Shown in pieces: positions 19,367 through 30,738 of a DNA stretch of 64,000 nucleotides (positions are counted from its first letter, which is position 1; every line of letters starts with the position of its first letter). The translations under genes and the position numbers were made by a program. This DNA comes from Synechococcus sp. (GTDB lineage Bacteria; Cyanobacteriota; Cyanobacteriia; PCC-6307; Cyanobiaceae). Location: NCBI GenBank assembly GCA_047285805.1, contig JBJBCN010000002.1, positions 640,001-704,000 on the forward strand, written 5' to 3'. The notes under the pieces are model-generated. The model was not told the DNA's origin, did no database searches, and saw nothing but the letters and a program-made list of their open reading frames with translations.

Positions 19367-22300
19367 ATGCACCGTCTTGCGGCTGTCCCCGGTAGCCACA
19401 GCCCTGATGACGGGGTCATCTATGTCGAACAGCCAGGTGCCGACCTGGTGGTTCTCTCAAGCGCGGACACCGACCTAGCGACGCTGGCCGCAACGCTGGA
19501 CCGGGAGAGCTTCCCCGCTGGTCAGGGCCGTCAACTCCAGGGCCTGAATCTGGCGAGCCTCCAACACCCCGCGGTGCTGGATCACTACATCCGCACCAGC
19601 CTGAGCGGCACACAACTGGTGTTGATCAGGCTGCTCGGGGGCCGGGGCCATTGGAGTTACGGCCTTGAGCAGTTCCGACTCTGGGCCGAGGCAGCATCGG
19701 ACCGGCATCTATTGGTTATGGCCGGCACCGCCGATGAAGACGAGGCTTTGGCCTCCCTTAGCAACGTCCCGGCTGCCCTGGCTGTCGCCTGCAGCCAATG
19801 CCTGAGAGAAGGGGGCACCGACAACCTACTGGCGGTGCTCAAGAGCCTGGGCTCGTTCCTCGACCACGGTGGGGTGTCCCTTCCTGCAGCCCAGGCCGTT
19901 GAAGATCCCAAGGCCTATGACTGGCGAGGGGAGTCCGGCCCACGGGTGGGCGTCATCCTGTATCGCGCGCTTCTGCAATCGGGGGATCTGACGCTGGCGG
20001 AGGCCCTCCTCTCCGGCCTCAGGGCCCAGGGCTTAGCCCCCCGGGCGTTGTGGGTCAGCAGCCTTCGGGATACGGCGGTCCAGCGGGGAGTGCTGGATCT
20101 GCTGCAACGGGAACAGGTGGACGCCGTGCTCTGTACGACCTCGTTCGCTTCGGTCCAATCCGCTGAGGCTGGCCTGGGGGCGCCCCTCTGGGAGGAGCTC
20201 GGCGCGCCGGTCTTTCAGGTGCTGTGCAGCACCCAGTCCGCTGCGGCCTGGCAGGCCAGTCCGGTGGGGCTGGCCTCCCTCGATCTGACACTTCAGATCG
20301 CGATGCCCGAGCTGGACGGACGCATCACGACGCGAGTCGGCGCCTTCAAAGAGCTCGAGCAGGCCGACGAGCGCCTCGCCACCGGACTGCATCGCTACGT
20401 CCCAGCAAAGGAGCGCCTAGCGTGGGTCAGCGAACTGATTTGGCGTTGGTGTGACCTGCGGGCCACTCCCCCAGAGGAACGTCGTCTGGCGCTCGTGCTG
20501 GCGAATTACCCGACTCGCAACGCACGTCTTGCCAATGGCGTCGGGCTCGACACCCCAGCCAGTGTGAGATCTATGCTCGCCTGGCTGCAGGACGCTGGCT
20601 ACAGCCTCGGGGCAGAAATCCCCGGCGATGGCGACGCGCTGATTGCAGGCTTGCTCGCCGGCCGGACCAACGATCCAGAGAGCAGCCACCTAAAGGCCGC
20701 GGACCATCTCCAGCTGCAGACCTATTTGGAGTGGTATGCCGCGCTTCCCAGTGCCGCCCGCCAAAGCCTCGAGGCCCAATGGGGGGAACCGCAACAGGAC
20801 CCGTCCCTCGAGCGGGATGGATTTCCAATCCATGGACTGCGTCTCGGAAACGTGGTCGTGATGATCCAGCCCTCCCGTGGCTACGAGAGGGATCCCAGCC
20901 TGAGCTATCACTCTCCGGATCTGGCTCCCACTCATCACTACCTGGCCCATTACCTCTGGCTGGCCCAAGCCGCCCGGGTGCAGGTGGTTTGCCACGTCGG
21001 GAAGCACGGCAACCTCGAATGGCTGCCCGGGAAGGGGCTGGGACTCTCCGGCAGCTGCTTCCCGGAGTTGGCCCTGGGGCCCATGCCCCACCTCTATCCC
21101 TTCATCGTGAACGACCCGGGTGAAGGCTCCCAGGCCAAGCGGCGCGCCCAAGCTGTGATCCTCGATCACCTCACCCCCCCTCTCGGTCGAGCGGGTCTGC
21201 ACGGAGATCTGCGGGAGATTGAGGCGCTGATCGACGAGTACTGGGAAGCGGTGCAACTCGGGAGTGCCCGCAGTGAGGGGCTCCGTGCAGAGATCCTTCA
21301 ACAGCTCAGTGCTTCGGAGCTCGAGGGGGTCCTGGCGAGCGGCGAGGGGGATGACCCCTTGGATGCGGCCGATGGCTATCTCTGTGAGCTCAAGGAAGCG
21401 CAGATCCGCACTGGTTTGCATCGCTTTGGCTCCTTACCTGCCCCCGATGCCCGTGCGGAATTACTGGCCTGCTTGGCGCGACCTCCGCAACAGAACGGCC
21501 TCGGCCTGACTCAGGCCTTGGCGCGCGATGCGCAACTGCGCCTGGATCCCTGGGCTGACCCCGAAGAACATACGCTTGAGGCTGCCGATCAGGACCGCCT
21601 GATCGCCCTTGGGCTGGAGCAACCCCGTCGTTGTGGCGATGCAGTGGAGTGGCTCGAAGAGCAGGCCCTGGATCTCTGCCAAGCCCTCTTGGCTGGTGCC
21701 ACGGCATTCCCGGCGATTGGTAGGCACACCGAGGCGGTGATCCAGCGCCTTCAGCAGGAGTTGGTGCCGAACCTGCTGCACTGCGGAGTAGCCGAACAAT
21801 CGGCGTTCATGCGTGGTGTTGCCGGGCAGCGCATCGCAGCCGGTCCCTCCGGAGCCCCAACCCGAGGGCGTCCGGACCTCCTGCCAACGGGCCGCAATTT
21901 CTACAGCGTGGATTTGCGTGGTCTGCCAACGGAAGCCGCCTGGGATCTGGGACGCCGGAGCGCGGAATTGCTCGCGGAGCAACACCTCATGGAGGAAGGG
22001 GAACCACTACGCCACCTCGGCCTGTCGGTCTGGGGCACCAGCACGATGCGCAATGGCGGGGAAGACATCGCACAGGCCCTGGCGCTCATGGGTGTGAGGC
22101 CGATCTGGGATGGTCCCAGCCGCCGGCTCGTGGACATCGAATTGATTCCACTTTCTACCTTGGGGCGCCCCAGGGTGGATGTGACCCTGCGAATCTCCGG
22201 GTTGTTCCGCGACGCCTTCCCCCAACTGGTGGGTTGGGTAAACCAGGCGACCGCCCTCGTCGCTGCAGTCGAGGAAGACAAAGATGCGAATCCCCTCGCT

Positions 22301-23056
22301 GAAGCAGCCAGGCGTGATGGCCACGCTTGGCGGGTTTATGGCTCAGCACCGGGTGCCTATGGCGCCGGTCTTCAAGGGCTGATTGACAGTGGTGAGTGGG
22401 AGAACCGGGATGACCTGGCCGAGGCCTACTTGAACTGGGGCAGCTGGCGCTACGAGGGGGATGGAGCAGGTGCCTTGCGCATCGCGGCGGATCGGCTTGG
22501 GTTCGAGCAGCGGCTTGGTTCAGTCCAGGTGGTGCTTCAAAACCAGGACAACCGAGAGCACGATCTGCTGGATTCCGATGACTACTACCAGTTCCAAGGC
22601 GGTCTCAGTGCAGCGGTGGAGTCCGTGCGCGGAGTTGCTCCGGCCGTCTGGTTTGCTGACCACTCCCGTAACCAACGTCCGCGGGTTCACCGCGTCGAGA
22701 AGGAATTCGACAAGGTGCTGCGCTCTCGCGTGCTCAACCCCCGCTGGATCGAGGGGATGCAACAACACGGCTACAAGGGTGGCTTCGAAATGGCCGCCAG
22801 CCTCGACTACCTGTTTGCCTACGACGCCAGTACGGGTCGGGTGCCCGATTGGAGTTACGGCTCAATCGCTCAGCAGTGGCTGGAGTCCAATGAGGTTCTG
22901 GACTTCCTCAAAACGCACAATCCCTGGGCTCTGCGGGACATGGCGGAGCGGCTGCTGGAGGCCCATAACCGTGGTCTCTGGAGCGGAGCACAAAAAAACC
23001 AGCTCGCGCATCTGCGGGAGCTGGTCCTGGACGCTGAAGCGTTGATCGAGGGTTAG
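19367..23056 (+). CDS. cobN: Cobaltochelatase subunit CobN
   Basis: MHRLAA, LSSADTD, PELDGRI, HVGKHGNLEWLPGK, LPTGRNFY, QNQDNREHDLLDSDDYYQFQGG. Confidence 0.96.
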   Translation: MHRLAAVPGSHSPDDGVIYVEQPGADLVVLSSADTDLATLAATLDRESFPAGQGRQLQGLNLASLQHPAVLDHYIRTSLSGTQLVLIRLLGGRGHWSYGLEQFRLWAEAASDRHLLVMAGTADEDEALASLSNVPAALAVACSQCLREGGTDNLLAVLKSLGSFLDHGGVSLPAAQAVEDPKAYDWRGESGPRVGVILYRALLQSGDLTLAEALLSGLRAQGLAPRALWVSSLRDTAVQRGVLDLLQREQVDAVLCTTSFASVQSAEAGLGAPLWEELGAPVFQVLCSTQSAAAWQASPVGLASLDLTLQIAMPELDGRITTRVGAFKELEQADERLATGLHRYVPAKERLAWVSELIWRWCDLRATPPEERRLALVLANYPTRNARLANGVGLDTPASVRSMLAWLQDAGYSLGAEIPGDGDALIAGLLAGRTNDPESSHLKAADHLQLQTYLEWYAALPSAARQSLEAQWGEPQQDPSLERDGFPIHGLRLGNVVVMIQPSRGYERDPSLSYHSPDLAPTHHYLAHYLWLAQAARVQVVCHVGKHGNLEWLPGKGLGLSGSCFPELALGPMPHLYPFIVNDPGEGSQAKRRAQAVILDHLTPPLGRAGLHGDLREIEALIDEYWEAVQLGSARSEGLRAEILQQLSASELEGVLASGEGDDPLDAADGYLCELKEAQIRTGLHRFGSLPAPDARAELLACLARPPQQNGLGLTQALARDAQLRLDPWADPEEHTLEAADQDRLIALGLEQPRRCGDAVEWLEEQALDLCQALLAGATAFPAIGRHTEAVIQRLQQELVPNLLHCGVAEQSAFMRGVAGQRIAAGPSGAPTRGRPDLLPTGRNFYSVDLRGLPTEAAWDLGRRSAELLAEQHLMEEGEPLRHLGLSVWGTSTMRNGGEDIAQALALMGVRPIWDGPSRRLVDIELIPLSTLGRPRVDVTLRISGLFRDAFPQLVGWVNQATALVAAVEEDKDANPLAEAARRDGHAWRVYGSAPGAYGAGLQGLIDSGEWENRDDLAEAYLNWGSWRYEGDGAGALRIAADRLGFEQRLGSVQVVLQNQDNREHDLLDSDDYYQFQGGLSAAVESVRGVAPAVWFADHSRNQRPRVHRVEKEFDKVLRSRVLNPRWIEGMQQHGYKGGFEMAASLDYLFAYDASTGRVPDWSYGSIAQQWLESNEVLDFLKTHNPWALRDMAERLLEAHNRGLWSGAQKNQLAHLRELVLDAEALIEG

Positions 23057-23583
23057 AGATCCTTGACCCAGCCCTTGAAAGCTCCGATGTCACCAGGTTT
23101 CGACTGGACTGTAGAGGTGGGTTGGGGCTGCTGAGCAGCAGCTTCAGCTATCTGCTTCTGCTCTGCCTTGATTGCTGCAGGGCCGCCTGGGACATTTACG
23201 CCGACAGATGAGCCCTTCTTTCGTTCATCCAACTCGCTCTTGCTCATCGGTTCGCAGAAGGTCTTTTTGACGGGCTTGGGAATGCCAGACGTCAAATCGA
23301 CCTCTTCGACCTTCTGGGTCTGACCGCCAAGGCCAGGTGTGGCCATAGTCCGGCTTGAGGTCATAGAGGCAACCTCATCAACCATCTCCTTGTCACCAGG
23401 GCTGTCTACTGTCCCAGGGAACGTGTGACGAATGGTGTTGGAGCGGCGCATAAAGTCCACGTTCCCCATGCTGCTCGAGGCGTCTGCATCGAGGAAGAAC
23501 GCCTCTTCTTTTTTCTCAGGTTCCCGCTTGGCCACGGGAGCCTGAGCGTTGTCACTGCCAAGCAGACGATCAAACAGGCCCAT
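23053..23583 (-). CDS. Conserved hypothetical protein
   Basis: 176 aa MGLFDRLL...FFLDADASSSMG..MRRSNTIRHTFPGT; fits between cobN and the PHP gene. Confidence 0.75.
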   Translation of the reverse strand: MGLFDRLLGSDNAQAPVAKREPEKKEEAFFLDADASSSMGNVDFMRRSNTIRHTFPGTVDSPGDKEMVDEVASMTSSRTMATPGLGGQTQKVEEVDLTSGIPKPVKKTFCEPMSKSELDERKKGSSVGVNVPGGPAAIKAEQKQIAEAAAQQPQPTSTVQSKPGDIGAFKGWVKDL

Positions 23584-23610
23584 CGCAAAATTTCACGATC
23601 TCAGTAGACC

Positions 23611-24267
23611 CTAGCGGCCGCAAAGCTCGAAGCCATGGGTATCGGTGCCGCAACTTTGCAGAAGTGCGTGTTTTTCAAGCAAGCCGGTGATGGAATCACA
23701 AACCAGGGGTGTCGGGCGCCACTGCGCATGCATCTCGTAGTCATAGAAGGCTTCTGCTCCATCGAAGCCCAACGCCGCCGCCGCAGGGATCAGCCGTTGA
23801 AAGGGCAAGCGATAACGAGCGGGGTGGGCCAGTAGCGCCAACCCTCCAGCGGCATGGATTCTGCGGCGGGCCTCAGCAGCACTAAGGGCTTCCCCCACCG
23901 CGGCTTGCCCTTGGCGGTATGGATCAAGGGCGGTGTGGTCCAACTCAAAGCCGAGAGCGAGCACATGCACCAAACAGCCCTCCAGCAAACAGCTGATCTC
24001 CATCCCGGTCCAGAGCTGAGGAGGTGAGGCCCCCGCTTCGGATTGCTGCTCGAACCAACGTTGGATTGGCCAGTACGCCGCTGTGCTGTGGTGATCAGTC
24101 ACCGCCAAATGGTCGAGGCCGATTGCAAGGGCCTGTTCAGCCAAAGCTTCTGGACGAAGACTCCCATCACTGCTGGTGGTGTGGCAGTGGAAGTTGAGCC
24201 GTCCCGGGCAGCAGGCGGCGGTGACGGTCTTTAGAACCGCAACCAGTGGATGTTCTCTGTTCGTCAT
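23611..24267 (-). CDS. PHP-domain metal-dependent phosphoesterase
   Basis: HCHTTSSDG, AVTDHH, GMEISC, AHPARY, GTDTHG. Confidence 0.9.
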   Translation of the reverse strand: MTNREHPLVAVLKTVTAACCPGRLNFHCHTTSSDGSLRPEALAEQALAIGLDHLAVTDHHSTAAYWPIQRWFEQQSEAGASPPQLWTGMEISCLLEGCLVHVLALGFELDHTALDPYRQGQAAVGEALSAAEARRRIHAAGGLALLAHPARYRLPFQRLIPAAAALGFDGAEAFYDYEMHAQWRPTPLVCDSITGLLEKHALLQSCGTDTHGFELCGR

Positions 24268-24275
24268 GGACGGAC

Positions 24276-24863
24276 CTAGACAGCTGCCGCTTCCTTTTCG
24301 ACCCGTAAGCGCCTCCAGCGCGCGTAGAACTGAATCGACGCAGCCATAAAGACCACAAGCGCCACGATGAACCAGGTTGCGGCTCCAGTTGGGAACTGGT
24401 TTTTGAAGACCACTAGCATCACGACGATCACCAGCAGCAGGGTCGGCAGCTCATTGAGGGCCCGCAGTTGTTTTGGACTCCAGCCGCAGGTCCCCTGCTG
24501 CAGCTGGCCCATCAGGCGATAACAGAAAAAGTGATAGGCCAACAGGGCCAGCACGAAGGCCAGCTTGGCGTGCATCCAAACCTGCTGAAGCCAGGCCGGA
24601 TTGGTGATCAAGAGGCCAATGGCCATGGAGACCGCCACCACCATGCCCGGTGTCGTGATGATGTTGGCAAGCCGCTTCTCCATCAGGCCGTACTGCGCTT
24701 GGAAGGCGTCCTTGAGGGTTGGCTCCAGATCTTCGGCTTCCCGGTGATAGATGAAGAGCCGAACCAGATAAAACAGGCCAGCGAACCAAACAACCACTCC
24801 AACGATATGCAGGGTCTTGAACCAGAGGTAGGCCTCAGGGGGAAGGGCCGCCAGGGTGATCAC
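24276..24863 (-). CDS. hemJ: Protoporphyrinogen oxidase HemJ
   Basis: YLWFKTLHIVGVVVWFAGLFYLVRLFIYH, WMHAKL, LRALNELPT. Confidence 0.93.
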   Translation of the reverse strand: MITLAALPPEAYLWFKTLHIVGVVVWFAGLFYLVRLFIYHREAEDLEPTLKDAFQAQYGLMEKRLANIITTPGMVVAVSMAIGLLITNPAWLQQVWMHAKLAFVLALLAYHFFCYRLMGQLQQGTCGWSPKQLRALNELPTLLLVIVVMLVVFKNQFPTGAATWFIVALVVFMAASIQFYARWRRLRVEKEAAAV

Positions 24864-24889
24864 AGGCCGAAGCCGAACTTGGCAACAAG

Positions 24890-26413
24890 TTAGTTGGCTT
24901 CAGCAGCCGCCAACGCCCGATGGTTCGCAGCCGTGTTGCGAATCGCAGCCAGCTCCTCCTCAGGCAGCTTGCTCAGCTGCTTCATCACCAGGCCCATGCG
25001 GTGATTTCGCTTGAGCTCGGGCTCGTGACGGGCCAGAAAGTCCCAATAGAGGCTGTTGAAGGGGCAGGCCTTCGGGCCCGTGCGTTGTTTAACGTCATAG
25101 GAGCAACCCTTGCAGTAGTTGCTCATCCGTTTGATGTAGCTCCCGCTGGCGGCATAGGGCTTGCTGGCCAGGCGCCCCCCATCCGCGAAGACCCCCATTC
25201 CCAGGACGTTGGTGAGCATCACCCAGTCGTAGCCGTCGATAAACATCCGGTGGAACCAGGCCGTCAGGGCCTGTGGATCAAGCCCCGCCAACAGGCCGTA
25301 GTTCGCCAGCAACATCAAGCGTTGGATGTGATGGGCGTAGCCGCTCGCTTTGATTTCGCCAAAGACCGTGTCCAGGCAGCGCATGCCACTGCCCCCTAAC
25401 GCCTCAAACCAACTGGGTAATGGTGCACTGGCCTCGAAGTGGTTGACCAAGGCGTAGTCCTCACCAAACCAGTGGTAGAGGCCGTGGGTGTATTCCCGCC
25501 AACCCAGGATTTGGCGAATCACGCCCTCGAGGCCGGCCAAGGGCACCTGATGGGCCAGCCCCTCCGCTTCGAGGCGCTGGATCACCTCCAGAGGATGGAG
25601 CAGGCCCAGATTCAGGTACGGAGACAACAGGGCATGCCAGAGGGTTGGTTCACCACTGACCATGGCGTCCTGGAACGGTCCAAACCCAGGCAACCGCGTC
25701 GCGATGAAGTGATCCAGCACCGCCAAGGCCTGCTGCCGAGTCACCGCCCAGCGAAACGGTTCCGGGTTGCCGGGCAAGCCGTAGCGCTCCTGAAGCGCGG
25801 TGACCTTCTCGATCACGGCCGCAGTGGTCCCGTCGGGCTCAAACCAAAGAGGCTCCGGACCGGAGAGTCCTTTTGAGGGCGACTTGCGGTTCTCCTGGTC
25901 GTAATTCCATTGGCCACCAAGGGGCTTGCCGTTTTCATCCAGGAGTACACCAAACCGCTTGCGCCCTTCCCGATAAAAGAGCTCCATGCGCAGCAGCTTG
26001 TACGACGTCGCCCAGTCGGCAAAGGCCTCACGGCTCCAGAGGAACGCATTGTTCGCGATCCATCGGACCGGAAGCGGCAAAGGCAGCCGCTCGATCGCAC
26101 CGCGGAAGCCACGATCCACGGTCTCCATCACGTGCAGTTCCAGGATGCCGTGTTGCTCGATCCACTCCCCTAAGGCAGTGCTGAAGCGGTCGGTTTGCAG
26201 GTAATCCACCGTCCAGCCCTGGGCACGGAGATCAGCGGCGAAGTGCCGCATTGCACTCCACACCAGCACGAGCTTTTGCGCGTGATAAGCACGCCGCTCC
26301 AGAACGGAGCGGCTCTCCAGAAGCAAGACGCGAGCTGTGGTGGGGTCTGCGCCGGCCAAAGCCGCCTGCTGGAGATTGAGTTGATCCCCGAGAACCCAGA
26401 TGCCGATGGTCAT
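24890..26413 (-). CDS. Cryptochrome/photolyase family protein (FeS-BCP / (6-4)-photolyase type)
   Basis: VLGDQL, YHAQKLVL..SAMRHFA, GGQWNYDQENR, RQILGWREY, YAHHIQRLM, SKPYAASG.YI.RMSNYCKGC...ACPFNSLYW. Confidence 0.9.
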   Translation of the reverse strand: MTIGIWVLGDQLNLQQAALAGADPTTARVLLLESRSVLERRAYHAQKLVLVWSAMRHFAADLRAQGWTVDYLQTDRFSTALGEWIEQHGILELHVMETVDRGFRGAIERLPLPLPVRWIANNAFLWSREAFADWATSYKLLRMELFYREGRKRFGVLLDENGKPLGGQWNYDQENRKSPSKGLSGPEPLWFEPDGTTAAVIEKVTALQERYGLPGNPEPFRWAVTRQQALAVLDHFIATRLPGFGPFQDAMVSGEPTLWHALLSPYLNLGLLHPLEVIQRLEAEGLAHQVPLAGLEGVIRQILGWREYTHGLYHWFGEDYALVNHFEASAPLPSWFEALGGSGMRCLDTVFGEIKASGYAHHIQRLMLLANYGLLAGLDPQALTAWFHRMFIDGYDWVMLTNVLGMGVFADGGRLASKPYAASGSYIKRMSNYCKGCSYDVKQRTGPKACPFNSLYWDFLARHEPELKRNHRMGLVMKQLSKLPEEELAAIRNTAANHRALAAAEAN

Positions 26414-26706
26414 GCCGGCTCACCGGCCAGGCGGCAGGCCTTGCTGGCCACGGCCCGGGCATAACCACGTTCCACCAAACCAGCAGCCGGCGAGAGCTGG
26501 CCATTGCGGCAATCGATCACGACGCGTTCGCGATGGCCCCGTTGGTCACTGATCCGCATCCGCAGCTGGAAGTGATGCTTGGCACTCCGGCTGATTTCAT
26601 CGGCGCAAATGGGCCCAATGCAGAGGCCAGGAGCCGCCAAAGCCCCCGCGGGAAGGGCGAGCAGCAGGACGCTGATCGAAGCCAAGATCCAGCACAGCGG
26701 CTTCAA
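26410..26706 (-). CDS. Small exported Cys-containing hypothetical protein
   Basis: Signal peptide, [15 protein letters not shown]; 4-nt overlaps with both neighbours. Confidence 0.75.
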   Translation of the reverse strand: MKPLCWILASISVLLLALPAGALAAPGLCIGPICADEISRSAKHHFQLRMRISDQRGHRERVVIDCRNGQLSPAAGLVERGYARAVASKACRLAGEPA

Positions 26707-28739
26707 CCAGCAAGCTCCAAAGGCAGTTCATTCTCGGACTCCATCTCGTCCGACTGCGGAACATCGGCAGCGCCGGGATGGAAGTGATCCCAAATGACCT
26801 TCGCTAAGCCAGGCCCCATGCCCGGCGCGGCCGCGAGGGCCTCCGGGCTCGCCAGTTGGATGGCATCAATCGAGCGGAAATGGGCCAGGAGTTCCTTGAT
26901 CCGCTTGGGACCGAGGCCTGGGATGTCCGACAAGCGTGAGCGTTTCATCCGCTCACCCCGCTGCTGACGGTGGAAGCTCACTGCGAACCGATGAGCCTCA
27001 TCGCGCAGACGGCGCAGGAGCTGAACCCCGAGCTGCTCGGGTTCACTGTCCAGGGGATCCTTAACTCCTGGGATAAAGACCTCCTCGCGCTGCTTCGCCA
27101 AGGAGCAAACCACGAGCTCCTCATCGAGATTGAGTTCGCGCAGGGCCTCCATCACAGCAGAGAGCTGTCCCTTGCCTCCGTCGATCATCACGACATCGGG
27201 CCAATCGTTCAGCCCGCCGGTGTGCAGCGCTGATCCGGCGGATCGGCGCAACTCCTTGAGCTCCGCACCCGCTGCTTTGGCCTGGGCCCAACGCCGGAAG
27301 CGTCGGCGCATGACTTCAGCCATAGCCATGAAGTCATCGGAGTGGCCGGCGCGGATCGAGCTGCTTTGGATCTTGTATTTGCGGTAGTGCTGCTTGGCGG
27401 GAAGGCCATCGATAAACACCACCTGAGACGCAACCGCGTCGCTGCCTTGGATGTGACTTATGTCGTAGCCCTCGATCCGCCTCGGAGGGGTGGTCAACTC
27501 GAGCAGTTGCGCCAGGTCCTCCGTGGCCAACAAGTTTTGTTCGCTTGCGCGGCGGGCCCGCTCCAGTTCGTAGTTGGCATTGCGTTCGACCAACTCAATT
27601 AAGTCTGCCTTTTGAGCCCGCTGGGGAACAGCAAGACGAACCCTGCGACCACGCAATTCCGAAAGCCAGTCCTCGATGAGCTGCTGCTGTGGCAAGGGCT
27701 CCTGAAGCAACAGCTCGGGGGGAATCTCGACCCCCTCTACCTGGCTGTAGTGCTCCTCGATCACCGTTTGCAGGATTCGCCCCACCGCAGTGCGGCGTTC
27801 GGGTGATGGGGGCAGGTCTCCGCCAGCGCCTTCCACTGCTGGGGGCATGCCAATGGCATCCGCCGTGAACCCGAGCCGACCCACCAGTTTTCCGGCACGC
27901 ATCTGGAAGAGCTGAACGGCCGCCACCCGATCATCCGCCGCCAACGCCAAGACGTCCCGGGACACCGAGCTGTCGCCGAGGCTCATTTTTTGGTCAGCCG
28001 TCAGGGTGTCGATGCCCTGAAGCTGGTCGCGAACGCGGGCCGCACTCTCGAAGTCGAGACGCTCGGCGTAGCGCTCCATCTGCTCGTGGAGCAGGGGCAG
28101 CAATTCCTCGTTGCGCCCCTGAAAGACCATCGCTACCTGCCGGAGCGTTTGGTGGTAGTCCTCCGAACTGATCTTTTCTTGGCAGACCCCCGGACAGCGG
28201 CCGATGTCGTAGTTCAGGCAGGTGCGATCGCGATGCAGAGGTTGGGGGCGCTGCCGCAGCGGGAAGACGCGTTTAACCAGGCCTAGGGTACGACGCAGGA
28301 GACCCACATCGACATAGGGACCGTAGAAGCGATCGAGCGGGGAGCGGAATCGCCGTCGCCGGGTGATGAAGATCCGCGGGTAGGCCTCACTCCAGGTGAT
28401 GCACAGATAGGGATATTTCTTGTCGTCCTTCAGCAGCACATTGAAGTGTGGCTGATGGTTCTTGATCAGGTTGGCCTCCAGAGCCAACGCCTCCGCCTCG
28501 CTGTCGGTGACGATGAACTCGATCTCGCAGACCTGGCGCACCATCAAGGCGATGCGTGGGGAATGTCCATGGCCGCTCCCGCTCTGGAAGTAGCTGCGGA
28601 CACGGTTGCGCAGCACCTTGGCCTTACCGATGTAGAGGATTCGATCCTCGGCATCGCGCATCAAGTAGCAGCCCGGCTCAGTGGGGACCTCCTTGAGGCG
28701 GGCCTTGAGCCGAGACGGGTCCTGTAGCAGTGCCTTCAA
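26703..28739 (-). CDS. uvrC: Excinuclease ABC subunit C
   Basis: PGCYLM...[48 protein letters not shown], HhH. Confidence 0.98.
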   Translation of the reverse strand: MKALLQDPSRLKARLKEVPTEPGCYLMRDAEDRILYIGKAKVLRNRVRSYFQSGSGHGHSPRIALMVRQVCEIEFIVTDSEAEALALEANLIKNHQPHFNVLLKDDKKYPYLCITWSEAYPRIFITRRRRFRSPLDRFYGPYVDVGLLRRTLGLVKRVFPLRQRPQPLHRDRTCLNYDIGRCPGVCQEKISSEDYHQTLRQVAMVFQGRNEELLPLLHEQMERYAERLDFESAARVRDQLQGIDTLTADQKMSLGDSSVSRDVLALAADDRVAAVQLFQMRAGKLVGRLGFTADAIGMPPAVEGAGGDLPPSPERRTAVGRILQTVIEEHYSQVEGVEIPPELLLQEPLPQQQLIEDWLSELRGRRVRLAVPQRAQKADLIELVERNANYELERARRASEQNLLATEDLAQLLELTTPPRRIEGYDISHIQGSDAVASQVVFIDGLPAKQHYRKYKIQSSSIRAGHSDDFMAMAEVMRRRFRRWAQAKAAGAELKELRRSAGSALHTGGLNDWPDVVMIDGGKGQLSAVMEALRELNLDEELVVCSLAKQREEVFIPGVKDPLDSEPEQLGVQLLRRLRDEAHRFAVSFHRQQRGERMKRSRLSDIPGLGPKRIKELLAHFRSIDAIQLASPEALAAAPGMGPGLAKVIWDHFHPGAADVPQSDEMESENELPLELAG

Positions 28740-29218
28740 CCGCCGTACTGCCAGCCAGTGGTGCTGAGTTCGAGCGCGGCAGCATCGCGATGGAGAACAG
28801 CACTCTTCACCTCGCCCACAAAGACGGTGTGATCGCCGTGGGCCACCTGGCCGACCAGCTCACATTCGAGACCACCCAAGGCGTCGTTGAGGATCGGCAG
28901 TCCCAGTTCACCGAGGCTGAAGGGTGCGGCGTCAAAGCGGCCACCAACGCCTTTTTGAGGCTTGAAGAAGATCGCAGCCAGATCCTTCTGATCCGCCGCC
29001 AGGACATTCAACGAGAACCGCTTCGTGCGCTGAATCATCCCGTTGCTGGTGCTGTCGGCACGAACCGCCATGACCACAAGGGGTGGCTCGAACGAACCCT
29101 GGGTGACCCAGCTGGCGGTGAAGCCGTTGACCTCGTCACCTTCAGCGACGCCACAAATGAATAGCCCATGGGGAATCTTGCGCAGCAAGGTCTTCTTGGC
29201 GTCTGCGTTCAGTGCCAT
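28736..29218 (-). CDS. Flavin reductase family protein
   Basis: [28 protein letters not shown]. Confidence 0.9.
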   Translation of the reverse strand: MALNADAKKTLLRKIPHGLFICGVAEGDEVNGFTASWVTQGSFEPPLVVMAVRADSTSNGMIQRTKRFSLNVLAADQKDLAAIFFKPQKGVGGRFDAAPFSLGELGLPILNDALGGLECELVGQVAHGDHTVFVGEVKSAVLHRDAAALELSTTGWQYGG

Positions 29219-29303
29219 GGATCGGGGCCTTCAGAGCCCAAACTCTAGGAACGGCAGTCCCTTTGCGGGCCTATGGCGGAGAGTGCGTTTCTAGGATCAA
29301 GGG

Positions 29304-29780
29304 ATGAAAGCCCTGTATCCCGGCAGCTTTGATCCCCTCACCCTGGGGCATCTTGATGTGATCGAGCGGGGTGCCCATCTGTTTGACGGTCTCGTCGTGG
29401 CCGTCCTGCGGAATCCGAGCAAGAACCCCTGCTTCAGCGTGGAACAGCGGATTGAGCAGATCCGTGGCGCGACCGCCCACCTCGATCAGATCGAAGTCGC
29501 GGCGTTCGATGGTTTGACCGTGGAATTCGCCGAGCGCTGCGGCGCCGGCGTGATACTGCGGGGTCTCAGGGCTCTGAGTGATTTCGAGTACGAGTTGCAA
29601 ATCGCCCACACCAACAAAAGCCTCGCACCTGAACTGGAGACGCTGTTCCTGGCGACGGCAACGGCCCACAGCTTTCTCAGCAGTTCAGTCGTGAAGGAAG
29701 TGGCCCGTTTCGGCGGTCCGGTTGGTCACATGGTCCCCACAGGAGTAGCGGATGATCTACTGAGGCTCTTTAATCAGTAG
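29304..29780 (+). CDS. coaD: Phosphopantetheine adenylyltransferase
   Basis: [35 protein letters not shown]. Confidence 0.97.
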   Translation: MKALYPGSFDPLTLGHLDVIERGAHLFDGLVVAVLRNPSKNPCFSVEQRIEQIRGATAHLDQIEVAAFDGLTVEFAERCGAGVILRGLRALSDFEYELQIAHTNKSLAPELETLFLATATAHSFLSSSVVKEVARFGGPVGHMVPTGVADDLLRLFNQ

Positions 29781-29799
29781 TCCCTCTACGCACCCGCTG

Positions 29800-30738
29800 A
29801 TGTCCGAGACGCAGCTGACCTCCGTGCTCGACCAGCTGGATCAACTTGAGGAAGTCGTCCTGGACGGCACCCGCGTCCCCTTCAGCGGTGGACGTCTGGT
29901 CAACGAACAGGACGCCATCGAATTGATGGACGCCGTTCGGGATGCACTCCCCGCTCAGTTGGTCAAAGCCGACGATCTCGTGGCGAAGAAGGACGAGTTC
30001 ATCACCCAGGCCCGTCAAAAGGCTGACGAAATCGTTGCCCAGGCCAAGCAACAGCGCGATCAGCTGATCAATAGCCAGTCCATCCGCAGTGAGGCGGAAC
30101 GGCAAGTCGCTGAATTGCGAGAACAGGCCCGCCAGCAGTGTGAGCAGATGATTGCCCAAGCCCGCCAACAGGTCGCCAAGACCGAACAGGAGCACCAGTC
30201 CCGGCTGGCTCAACTGGAGCAGCAGTTCAGCCAGCGCCGGCAGCAGTTGGAGCAGGAGGGCCTGCAACGCCGCCAACAACTCGACCAGGAGGCCATCGAA
30301 CTCAAACGTCAGCTGAGTGAGCAGCACGAACAGGCCCGCAAGCAGAGCCTGACGGAACTGGAAAAAGTGCGCGTTGAGGCCCTGCGCCTCCAACAGAGCA
30401 GCCAAGCGGAAGCCGAACGCGTCCAGGGGGATGCCCTGCAGTTCCGTCAGCAGGCCCAGCAGCAATGTGAGGCGCTGATCGCCCGCAGCCGTCAGGAAGC
30501 CAGCTCCATTCAGGAGGGGGCGAATCGCTACGCCGAGCAGGTGTTGGGTGAGTTGGAGGATCGTCTCCGGGAGATGGGGCAGGTGGTCGTAGCCGGCAAG
30601 CGTGAGCTGGTCAAACTGCAAGGCGTGAATCCGTCCTCCCTGGTGCCACCCCCCGCTGCTGGTCAGCAGCAAGCCGTCCCGATTAACCGAGCCCGCCGCG
30701 CCGCCGATCGCATCCGCCGCGCCGCTGGAAACCGCTAG
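29800..30738 (+). CDS. Coiled-coil protein, DivIVA-like/Cdv3-like
   Basis: LDQLEEVVLDGTRVPFSG N-terminus, long Q/E/R-rich coiled coil, GANRYAEQVL; follows coaD. Confidence 0.7.
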   Translation: MSETQLTSVLDQLDQLEEVVLDGTRVPFSGGRLVNEQDAIELMDAVRDALPAQLVKADDLVAKKDEFITQARQKADEIVAQAKQQRDQLINSQSIRSEAERQVAELREQARQQCEQMIAQARQQVAKTEQEHQSRLAQLEQQFSQRRQQLEQEGLQRRQQLDQEAIELKRQLSEQHEQARKQSLTELEKVRVEALRLQQSSQAEAERVQGDALQFRQQAQQQCEALIARSRQEASSIQEGANRYAEQVLGELEDRLREMGQVVVAGKRELVKLQGVNPSSLVPPPAAGQQQAVPINRARRAADRIRRAAGNR

